Assembly (NCBI GenBank): GCA_013115125.1 | Contig: JABANN010000146.1 | Span: 1-61,863 of the forward strand | Length of the DNA: 61,863 bases | Source of the DNA: Perkinsus olseni | Taxonomy: Eukaryota | Direction: 5' to 3' | In this document: positions 1 through 10,299 of the stretch, piece by piece | Numbering within the stretch: the stretch's first letter is position 1 | How the letters are laid out: each line of letters begins with the position of its first letter | Notes under the pieces: model-generated | The model's database searches: none | What the model was told of the DNA's origin: nothing | Seen by the model: the letters and a program-made list of their open reading frames with translations, nothing else | Translations under genes and position numbers: made by a program

Positions 1-331
1 AAGTATCGTCAGACCCTTGACAGACGCCCCCACCAGGCCCGAACTGCCAGGCAGCCTTGCAGTAAGAAGCTGGATCACCGGTAACCTGCTGACAGTAAGC
101 ATCACCCTCGGAGCAGGGCCCACCGGTAGGTGTGGGCGCCGAAGTAGGTGGCGGTGTGGTACAGGAGCATGCCTTATTACTGCCTTGACAAACGTGGGCA
201 CCTTGATAGTACTTGCAGTATGACGATGGGTCGTCAACCTGGCACTGAGCATCTCCTGTAGGACATTCAGACAGCCCTTGGACGAGCCCCGCTATAGCAG
301 CCAGGCAGAGAGGTAGAGTAGCGTAACGCAT
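1..331 (-). CDS. Secreted Cys-rich repeat protein (SYCK-type), 5' part; runs off the left edge of the window
   Basis: Manual translation from the ATG at 331: MRYATLPLCLAAIAGLVQGLSECPTGDAQCQVDDPSSYCKYYQGAHVCQGSNKACSC...CSEGDAYCQQVTGDPASYCKAAWQFGPGGGVCQGSDD. Signal peptide plus two 4-Cys modules; close paralog of 9316-9907. Absent from the ORF track. Confidence 0.85.
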   Translation of the reverse strand, partial: MRYATLPLCLAAIAGLVQGLSECPTGDAQCQVDDPSSYCKYYQGAHVCQGSNKACSCTTPPPTSAPTPTGGPCSEGDAYCQQVTGDPASYCKAAWQFGPGGGVCQGSDDT

Positions 332-800
332 GAGAATCCTTGGACTTGCAGGTGAGCCTGTCTCGACTGAAGTCTCTTATGCTTTTTAATCTCAGCGAAC
401 TGTGCGTTCACGGCGTATACGCGTACACTGCGCGCGTGCAATGCGACCATTGGAAGGCTCCAGCCGCAATTTGGATATTTCTTCATATCAACTACTTGAG
501 ATGGCGCAAACGATGCTTCGAGTTCGGCAGTGCAAGTGTATCCGCTGTGGTTAGGCAACTGTGACATTTCCAAAAGAGAGAATATTATCGAACATGACAC
601 TTTGTGAGGCCGGAGACGATCTGGGTGGGCTGCACGTTCACGTCGAGGGCGCGCACAAACGGCGAATGAACAAGCTGTATCAGAAAAGAGATCACGAGAG
701 TCAATGCCTGGTCCTTGTCGGCGACTGTTAGCCCGATTAATAATCATCTTATCATGTAAGGCGTGCTCCCCTGAAGCAGCATACCCGTGGACTATGAGAA

Positions 801-1323
801 TCCCCCTTCCCCAGGGACCTATTTCAAGAGTCTCGCTAAAGAAGCACTTCTTGAGCCTCAAGACCTCAAGACTTGAGGTATAAGAACCTCTTATAAGAAA
901 TTGTTCAAGAAGCACAGCCTGTTTCGAAAGATTTCCCTTCTTTAAGGCTGACTTCTTATACCTTAAGAAGCCTTATTGAGCTTCTAAAGCCATAAAATTC
1001 ATCAGAAAATGGGTGTCCTGAGGCCTATTTCAAAAGTCTCTTCAAAGAGGGTTTCTTGAAGTTCTTAAGCGTGAAACGGCGGGGTTTTTGTTAATCCGAG
1101 TTCAAAAGGCCGCCTTAGTAATCTAAAGAAGGCTTCCTTCATCCATCTGCTTCCTATGAGCTAAGAAGCACTCCTTTAAGAACGCTTCATGAGGCAAAAA
1201 TCGGCCAATGAATCTCTCAAGAAGCTCAAGAAGCTTCAACTTGTTTCAAAAGGCGGTCTTTCTCGAGCCTAGCAACTTAAGAAGCTTAACCTCCTCGAGA
1301 GGAGGTTATACCAGCCGACCTAG
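801..1323. repeat. AAG/CTT-rich degenerate repeat, probable non-autonomous transposon remnant
   Basis: Internal duplication of CCTATTTCAARAGTCTC (~818, ~1024), many CTTAAG/GAAGC/TTCAAG words, and a terminal 10-bp hairpin at 1287-1308 followed by CTAG at 1320-1323. Confidence 0.35.
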
Positions 1324-3496
1324 TCGCCTCCCAGACTGGGAGTACCAGTGATTCCAGGCCTGGATAGGGTCGCAGACCGGCGTTAGTACCCGCTTGACGT
1401 TACTGATATACTCAACCGATGAGGCAAGGGCTAAGACAGCACGTTTGAGTTGATATGTAACCCAAGAAGGCTGTTCACCCTTGCGCCACTTACAGACACG
1501 CGTCACTACGAGACAGCGTGTTATATCATCGGCGACTCTGGATGACTGCCGTGTGATGACTCTTCACGCCACGAAGGATTGCTAAACTTGTCGAGATCTC
1601 TCCAACTGGCAGGCAAAACTTGGAATGAACCTTAACGGTTACATCGCTGGCATTGCATCCATCTTTCCTGAGAATTTGATCTGTCCTGGTGTGTGCTAGG
1701 AGTGCCCTGGATTTCGCTCACCACTGAGCAGCTTTACAACCGACTGTCTCTCAAGATTCTTGAGTCAAGAACACTCGAGCACCCGTAATGATGTGGCTCC
1801 ACTCATTTCATTCGCACAGTATGCGATATCAACTGAGGGAACCTATTCTGCAAGTAGTACACGGCTGCGTCACCGCCATACTGTCTGCTCACTGCCACGC
1901 CCACTCATGGCTCATTCCATCATGCCACACATTTATAATCGACATTCATAGCCTCGGAATACATAGCCCATCCGCGGGCTCCTACGACATTGTTTACGGC
2001 CATTTGCCCTTCTCCTGTGGGAATTTCCGTATGTCACATTGATGAAGCTGATGGCAATCGATAGACACGCGTTTGTCTTCCGGATTCCGGACGACTTCTG
2101 CGAACATGGGCGTCGGCTCAGAATTCTAGAATTGAGCGACAATGCCTGATGCGTGAGTGAGAAAGAGGTTAGACTCAGCACGTAGCATATGAAAATGCTT
2201 TGGGTTGCTGTGGCTTCTTACTCTGGTTGCCGAACCGTGTGCACGACGTACACTACGTCACCACGAAGTCAGCAAGTCAGCGTTTTTGCGGGGCGGTTGT
2301 AGAGAAGGTAAAGGAACTGGGCGTCCCTAAGGGCGATGGATTCTGTCAGACGGAAGTGAGTAAGAACATCACTCACTTCCACTGTAGGCGCACTGCTGTG
2401 ACGTTTTCCGACGCTATTGGCGAGGAGTGACGGATATCCACTTTAGGACGGCGTTAATTAGACAGCGGCCGTCTACTTTCGTCCGTTCCTGCTAGGAACA
2501 GAGCACATGCGTGTGGAGTTTTCCCAGAGTTTCACCGATTAGATTGATGCTCAATCATAATTATTTGGTATGATGGAACATCAATCTAATCGGTATTACC
2601 GATCCGAGCTGAGACTTGTGGCTTGGAGGGCTTGAGATTTTCTCCTTACGAGTAATGTGTTACCTCCACACTATGCATACCGTCGTAGCCAGCATCCTGT
2701 ACTTACTCTATCTAAGTGGTGTCGCCGTGGGACTCAAGATGAAAGGATCTGCCAAGCGTCACTAGTAAGTGTAAGCTATTCTATTGAGGGACCCGTCAAT
2801 TCCTCTATTCAGCAACCAGGCCTCTCACCCTATGGTTCCTTTGGGAAATGCCAGCCTGCACACCGGAGACTCCTCCGAGAGATTCCTCTCTGAGGAGATG
2901 CGTAGGAATCTCCACCGAAATGGCTCCCAGTAGACAGCCTCTCCTGGCCCAGGCGGGTACGACTACGAGAAGCCGCTAATAAACAACGCCGGTGGGTACG
3001 CTTGCAAGGTTAACGATATAATCCTTCTTTATGTAAGCAGAGACTGCTCCTAGAGAAGTTGACAGCTTCAAGCAAGCGACCTCACAATTGTTAATGTGTT
3101 CTCAGAACAAAGTGGGTGCACCCATATACGGCGTATGTGCTGAGAAATGTGCAACGACCGACACTTGCCCTCCGACTGGCCCTTGGTACTCAGTAGAGTG
3201 TATGCCCTCCGGCCGTTGTTATATTAAGTGCAGATCGAATAAGGTGAATAGTCCATCTGCTGCTCCACTGTGGAAGCATCTTAGTCTTCTCAGGATTGCC
3301 AAATGGGAGCATCCTGTATGTATGTCCCAGGGGTGGGGCAATACGCCTGCTTGTATCTGGCTCAGCTTTGCCCCTGCTTCGAGATAGCCTAGCGATGCCC
3401 CATCGGCGGTCGCTCTCTCTTTTTCAATTTTCAGCTTTATTTTTCTAGTTTAGTACCAGTCGTCCGGACTACCAGAAATAACTCCGTTCACAAATA

Positions 3497-3855
3497 CAGG
3501 GTGCCGACTTAAAAAGGGCAAACCCCTCTTGAATTTTTCGTGCGAACGAGTTGAGAGTTGTAACGGAGGGCACGACGCCGAGTCACAGAAGATGTTCAAA
3601 ATGCCCTCCATCGACGGCGCTGAGTCCGATCATTCTTCACAGCGTCAGCATGGCCTCGGTGATTCTGCCAACGATTTTTCGCGATTTTTTGGCGTTTGGT
3701 TTGACATTTCGAGGGTGAAACTTTCGAGTGAGATGACGCTGAGAACGGGGTTGTGTAGAGCTCGACGAGAGCTTTCGATTGGTGTGCGTTACAACTCTCA
3801 ACTCGTTCGCACGAAAAATTCATGAGGGGTTTGCCCTTTTTAAGTCGGCACCCTG
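3497..3855. mobile_element. Tc1/mariner-type MITE, 359 bp, 69-bp TIRs, TA target-site duplication
   Basis: TA|CAGGGTGCCGACTTAAAAAGGG...(3497-3565) and its reverse complement (3787-3855)|TA, with a single mismatch. No transposase ORF. Confidence 0.92.
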
Positions 3856-5882
3856 TAGTTAATATGCAGCTGTTGAAGGACCAGCAGCCAAGCGGGCATG
3901 CTAGCTTGTATACATGATGAGATGATAAAGTCTTCGCGAATCGTCAATGTAATTGCGATTCTTCGTCCTTGGCTCCGTCCTTCTCGAAGCCGCATTCAAA
4001 CTCGTCACTTTCTCCGCTTCTCTGTTCACAATTGTGTTGGAATCAGTCAGGGCGGGTAGAACACAGCTGTAGACTAGCCTCGGAAGGCCTGTTAATCTCA
4101 ATCAAGTCGATTTGGTCGAGTACACTGATAGAGTTACCTTGCAAAGCATATAAAGGCACTGCCTTGCACAAGCATGCACTTCGCCCATCGTCGCTTCTCC
4201 TGATGCAGTTAGATTAGCAGCAAGGCCCGTTGTGATTGAATCGGACGGCAACCCAAACTTCTCGCTCATTTGCCGAATTTCTGCTATTCCTTCGGCTCAC
4301 GTTTTTCTCCTGTGTGACTGCTGCTTCTCATTCTACACAGCGGCAACCCTTCTACGTTCCAACCAAATCCTGAAAGACCTCCAAGCAGCGGGTTCCTTGT
4401 TTCGGAGTCTGTCGCCGAAGCGACTAGGTTCTCGCTCTATTCTACCGCGTTTGCATGTTCCGTGCTCTATGCACAGCTCTGGGCGCATTTTTTCAATGGT
4501 TCAACGCGTGCACTGTCCCATCGCACAATTCCTAAGAGTAGCTCTGAAGCTTCTGTCTGTATTCCTTAGCTATTGTACTCCCTACGCCCTTCCTGCTTAT
4601 CGTAGATCTCCTATCCTATCCACTCTACTCTAGTTGTTGAGTAGAATAGTGCACGCGTCACCACCCAAACGCGGACTGCGCGTTACGGCGTTGGAAAACA
4701 CGTTGGGAGTCACAGCCTGTGACGGGTTGCGCATAATCTTGCACCTCTGAGCCCGTCATTCACCGCTTGACAGCTCAAGTACAAGTAGCAGCTGAGAAGA
4801 AGCATACACAGCAGTATACGGGCAGTCGGTGAGTCCGGCAGATAAATAAGCATCCGGGCGGAAAGGTGCTGGATGAAACAAAAGTGGTTGATGAACCAGA
4901 AATGATAATTTGCGTTTGATGGAAAGGCTGTGAGCGAGATGAGAGTGGAGAAGGACAGTGGAAGATGGAATTACGCGAGGCCTGGCACAAACCTGCAGGC
5001 GCGGTTACACAACTCTTTGAGCTCCGTCTCGAATAGCCGCACTGTAGTGACTTGAAGTGCAGCTCTACTCCTGGGTCGAACTAGCCAGAGAGAATTGGAA
5101 ACCTATCCTTTTCAACAGCGCGCTGTCATGCCCTCCGTCGCCATCCTGTGCTTCGTGTGTCCGAGTACCGCCACCTTGGATCGAGGCTCCAGAGCCCTCG
5201 AGGGCTACCCGTGAGTGGAGCTTGTGATCTTCCTACTGATGCATTCGATGCCCGTCCCCTTCAGCGAACTGTCCGTTCAGCTGGGTGTTGCACATGACCC
5301 ATTCCGAGGTAGACAGTGTTAGTTTTCGAGGTCAGCCGCTAACTACCAAAGCCTCCTGAACTGTGACGATAGTTGCAAGTGCAACAATACTTAACAGATT
5401 GTTGTCCTCGTGAGAAAAGAGTCGATCTACGTGAGGTCTAGGAGTAAACGATGTGCCTTCTCCAGAACCAAGATGGAACTGTCGCTTAGGTGGCTGTGTG
5501 CGAGACTGCTGTGATACCCATATCGCTTGCCGTCATGCGGCGGTCGATCCTCCTCTCGTTACACTGAAGGCCGTCAGTGGCATCGATAGAGTGAGGGATT
5601 GCCGATTCTGATTCATGCCAACCTCAGAGGGCTCCTTTCTGTTTGTACATCTCGGTTCATAGCTCATTCCGGAGAGTAAAGTATCCGAATCAGCTACGAT
5701 GATCACGGGTGTCTTTCAGGACTTCATTGCTCCACCCTTTTGAGACCATCAGTGTGGCATCGGGTTGGCCTACAGTAGAGGCGCAGCATACTTCATGTAA
5801 ATAAGTCAGATCCAGCGTGACGGTTATTGCGGATATATCACAAAACCCGACCCTTGCCGCCTGGAATTCAATCTCCCATCTA

Positions 5883-6100
5883 CAGGGTGTCGGCTCAGGA
5901 AGAGCTCAGCCCTCATAAATTTTTGCAACAAACGAGTTGAGAGTTATTACGCACACCAAACGAAAGCTCTCGTCGAGCTCTTCATGACCCAGTTTCAAGC
6001 CGCACCTCACTCGCAAGTTTTGTCTTTGAAATGTCCAACCGAACGCTGACAAATCGCGAAGACCTGTTGACAGAACTGCCAGAGGTCATGCCGGCGCTGT
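5883..6100 (-). mobile_element. Diverged, truncated copy of the 3497-3855 MITE in opposite orientation
   Basis: TA|CAGGGTGTCGGCTCAGG...AACGAGTTGAGAGTTATTACGCACACCAAACGAAAGCTCTCGTCGAGCTCT...GAAATGTC...AAATCGCGAA aligns to the reverse complement of ~3640-3855. No second TIR seen. Confidence 0.85.
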
Positions 6101-6233
6101 GGGGTGCCGACGTAAGCGAACTTACTGACATCAGCGACTTCGAAGCAAGATCGGATCAGAGAAACAATCTTCGTCGGTGCGGGAGAGTTTCGGCCACTCT
6201 ACGGGTTGTTCTCCTCTCCACCGTAGTTGGCCG

Positions 6234-9115
6234 ATGAGCCTTCCATCATTTTTGTCGGTACTCATCGCTTCATGGCAAGCAGTAACATCCCGTCATTACC
6301 CAGGGAAAAACGACCCGCCATCGACAGCGCAGCTCTACCATGACCACCTTTGGATACCCCCTCGCTTTCACGAATGGCATTCAGGCAGGGCCACACGACG
6401 ATCAATTCTTTTGGCCTGGGACGCAGCAAGCCATCCATTCGACCAAGTAGGTGGGGCCCGCTATCCGAGAAGAAAGCTGGAGTCAAGGTACGTGGCTACG
6501 AGGTCCAGGTCCGGCATCCTATCCCCAGTAGTTTGAGCAAGGCTGAGGACTTGACCAACAGGTTGCGAGAGGCGTCCCTCTGGCACAGGAGACAGGTCCG
6601 GTGGGTTCGCCGTCATCCGGCAAGTCATTTGTGTAGGGTACGGATGGCCCGCAGACGGCGACTGAGATCTACCAGGATGTCTTCGAAAGGAGGGCGCACA
6701 CCGGCAATTTGTCGTCTTGGGACGGCACATCCTCTCTGAGCTCAACGGCCACTTACACTGTGGACGAGCGAGTAGAATGGAGTCGATGGCAGCCCATCTT
6801 TATCGGACCAGGACGCGTCTTCAACTGGGAAGTAAGTTGGCCACCTCTTCGCGACTAGCCTGGCGATGCTCGCTCGTTAGATCACCGAAGAGGTCTGTGA
6901 AGGGTGCTCGTACGAGTTTCGAGTCCGAGCAGTCGGGCTAAGGCAAGGGGACAGTCCATGGTCCATGAAGACCTTGTTGGCCCACACCATTCGCCCAGGG
7001 GCAGTCGACCGAGCTCCCTTTGAAATAATGTGCAAAGCAGCATCTTGTGCTTCGATTGACAAGCCCCTTCAGAGGGACCGGTCGAAACAACGCCGGTTGG
7101 GGAAGCCTCAGCGTGAATGGCGAAGTTATTTTTCGGAGGAGTACTGAGCGAGGACTCCTTCTGGTCGTATTGGACCGCCGTAACCTCCACCTTCTCCACA
7201 TGCGAATGTAGCAGCCCGCGTCATTATGGCCGATCGCCCGTCGACAGGTACGACACGTTCGCCGACGCGGACGCTTCCAGTAGGATGGCAGCAGATCTAA
7301 AGCGCTTCGGAAGTGACGTCTTTGTGATAGTTCTCAGCGTGGATGCATGGGAATGGCATGCAACGCCCATCCTCGCTAAGGTGGCCATGCAGTAGAAGTC
7401 TGTCCGCCCTAGTCAGTATCCCAGGCGATGGAGTTTTGCGGCGCTTACCACTTCGGTATGTGGTCACACGTCTTTGCTGACCACCTCCATCAGCCATCAC
7501 CAGTGGCCGACTTTGAAGAGACAGCCAGTCAACTCAGCTTCGGTCACCCCTACGCTTTCATCGGAGTACCCGGCATTGGTACGGGCATGGGATGGGAATC
7601 ACTCCAGTAAGGGGGACGAGCCCCTTCTTCGCCGTGTCATCGTCTAGTTTCAGGTATAATACCGGTCACTACTTGGCGGAAGGAGGCCGTTCTCCTTGTG
7701 CGATCATTCGCGGTCTATTCTACCTTGACTACATACCAATGCGTTACCGAATAGCGGATGTCGTCACTAACACAGCCGACTACTATTTGAAAGGCCAGCC
7801 TCCGCGTCCGGAAACCCTTCACAACCCCCTGCCAGCCGACAAGCAAGTCAGCCTGTTCGCTTTAACACTTCAAGATTGAAGGACCGTGTCTTGCAGGTTC
7901 AACCCGATTATGTGGATCGGCCAGATCCGTACACGCCCTACATTGGGAATTTGTGGAACGCTGTTGAGCTCCTGCTCACGGCCAATGAGACAGTTGATTT
8001 ACCGCAGTACAACCTCACCAACTACGGCTTCCAAATCGTCTTGGACCTCTTCCTCGGGGATCCCCTAAACTACGTCGACGCTCGCCTGTCACGCAGTGTT
8101 CAAGATAGCTACTTCCAGATGACTGAGCTTGAACGAGTTTGGGGCGGCCCGAGTGACAGAATCGATGTCGTTCGAACTGCTCTGAGCGGTCAAGTGACAC
8201 CTCTGTGGACGGGCCATAATACCACCACTAACCGTTCAGAACTGGTGATGGGCCTGGGTAATCGAGTGTGCGGTGATCCAGTGGTTGACTATGTCATAAA
8301 TTGGAGGTGAGTCCCCAGGCCTCTGGCAACAGGGGGACATCATCAAGGCTCATCCCTGATAGATACAACAGCAGCAACCAGTTGTGCCGGGGGAGCCCGT
8401 CGGACCTCGCCCCAGCCATAGCGGACCTCCTCGATGACTATCCACTCCTCCCCGGAGCGAATCGGACCTCACAGGACCTCAGCCGCGTATCTCAATCCAA
8501 CTCAACCATGCTCGTCGGTGGAACGTGCTGCCCGGACTACGATACCGACCGGAGGGGCTCTCCTCTCATGGCCTTCGGGGTTGGTATCTGGCCCAGCATT
8601 TGTCGATCATCGTCATGCGGGAACTTTCATAAGAGACCGCAGCAGCGCGATATTAACGGAACGTGGGCGGAGCGGCATTATTGGGACTTCATGATGTTTG
8701 AGCAGATCACAGATGATGCGATGAATGGGAGTGTACATCACCACCTCGAGAGAGGCTATATGGAATGACTTTCCTTCTCTGTCGGGTATCGTGTTCTCGA
8801 CAACAAGCAAGCAAAACATTCTATGGTGGGCCATCGGTGAGTTCTCAACTTTCTGGCAGCTATTGAACGCTTGAGAATCTCCGCTATGATATGGTGCGCA
8901 TGATATCCGGTAACTTTGCAGCAATTAATGCCATCGAACCGGAGCGTCACATCGTTATCCGGCGAACGCGAGTTCGAAGTCGCCCCGCAGCGACAGGCGA
9001 TTCGGCCAGTGCCTTGCCTACCATTCGCCACTACCGTAGAAGAACGCAACATGAGGTGTATAGCCAGAAGATAAAGGCTCCTACTTTCGACGACACGAAG
9101 TCGTTAAACTGTTGA
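6234..9115 (+). CDS. Multi-exon secreted protein with fibronectin type-III and ILEI/PANDER-like domains (approximate model)
   Basis: Hydrophobic N-terminus MSLPSFLSVLIASWQAV. FN3 motifs GYEVQ and YEFRVRAVGLRQGDSPWS (~6490-6965). ILEI-like YDTFADADASSRMAADLKRFGSDVFVIVLSVDAWE...LSFGHPYAFIGVPG (7250-7600). Short GT-AG introns. Confidence 0.6.
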
Positions 9116-9315
9116 TAGCTACGATGACGATAACTGTGTGATAATAAGAGTCCAAAAGTTTGAGCATCATTGACCTTCCTCGATGTGACGTTGCGGAACC
9201 TAGCAAGTCACTATGACCAGCTTGAGCTTAACATAGCTGGTCGTCTATGAAAATGAGTGAACGAGCACATCAGTAATGGCAGTTCTAGATCTCCATTGTT
9301 GATATGGTATAGTTA

Positions 9316-9907
9316 CTAGCGTGAAGTTGTCGAAGGCATTGTGGGAGTGGGGCCGGCGGANNNNNNNNNNNNNNNNNNNNNNNNNNNNNNNNNNNNNNNN
9401 NNNNNNNNNNNNNNNNNNNNNNNNNNNNNNNNNNNNNNNNNNNNNNNNNNNNNNNNGGGAAGTCGGCCCGGCGGAAGTCGGCCCGGCGGAAGTCGGCCCG
9501 GCGGAAGTCGGCCCGGCGGAAGTCGGCCCGGCGGAAGTCGGCCCGGGGGGAGTAGGTCCACCACCACAAGTACAAGGTTCGTCAGACCCTTGGCAGACGC
9601 CCCCACCAGGTCCAAACTGGTAGGCAGCCTTGCAGTAAGAAGTGGGATCACCGGTCTGCTGTTGGCAATAAGCATCACCATCAGGGCATGGTCCAGCGGA
9701 GGGTGTGGGTGAAGGAGGAGGCGGCGGAGTAGTGGTACAGTAGCAAGGAGTGTCAGTGCCATGGCAAACACGGTTGCCCTGATAGAACTTGCAGTAGGAG
9801 CCAGGCTTTTGAGCGTCGCACTGAGCATCTCCTGTAGGGCAGGAATCCTGTCCTAAAGCGATCTGGGCAATAGCAACCACGGCAAGGGGCAGAATTGCGA
9901 AGCGCAT
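9316..9907 (-). CDS. Secreted Cys-rich repeat protein with mucin-like (GPTSA)n tail
   Basis: Signal peptide MRFAILPLAVVAIAQIALG, two SYCK 4-Cys modules, then GPTSA repeats interrupted by an N-gap. The repeat frame resumes as SAGPTPTMPSTTSR* ending at 9316. Confidence 0.85.
9457..9546. repeat. 15-bp coding tandem repeat GGAAGTCGGCCCGGC (GPTSA), continuing into the gap
   Basis: About 6 near-perfect units next to the N-run. Confidence 0.9.
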
Positions 9908-10299
9908 TTGTATCCTTGAAGTTAACGCGGTGGGGGCAAAAGAATTTGTTCAGTGGTGATCGGGTTCCCTCAGCGTAGCTAACGGTGTGCATGCGTGCAC
10001 CGCGCCATCACCAAAAGACTCAGCGGCTGGTGGTCATCGCCTGTAGCTCCGACAGCGCAGCTCATCGCCAAATTCCGATGCCTTGCTGCTCAGAGGTGGA
10101 AGCCAGGGCCTCTGAAGTCTCTATTGTTGAGATTGTTACGGTGTCGTTACGCATAAATATGCAACACATAGGGAGACAGCGGCGTGACCTTGGACCCGTC
10201 CCTACGACCAGCCGAGTGTTCAGATGCGCTCAAGGACAGGAGGATGAAGGGTGACGCTGTCACGATTGTGAGACGACAGTTCGGTTCTCCTCATGCCTA

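Noticed and set aside
292-915. 207-aa minus-strand ORF
   Set aside because: Runs through repeat-like DNA and overlaps the real start at 331 in another frame; no recognisable motifs.
3529-3825. Two opposite ORFs starting MNFSCERVESCN
   Set aside because: Produced by the MITE's inverted repeats; no transposase motifs.
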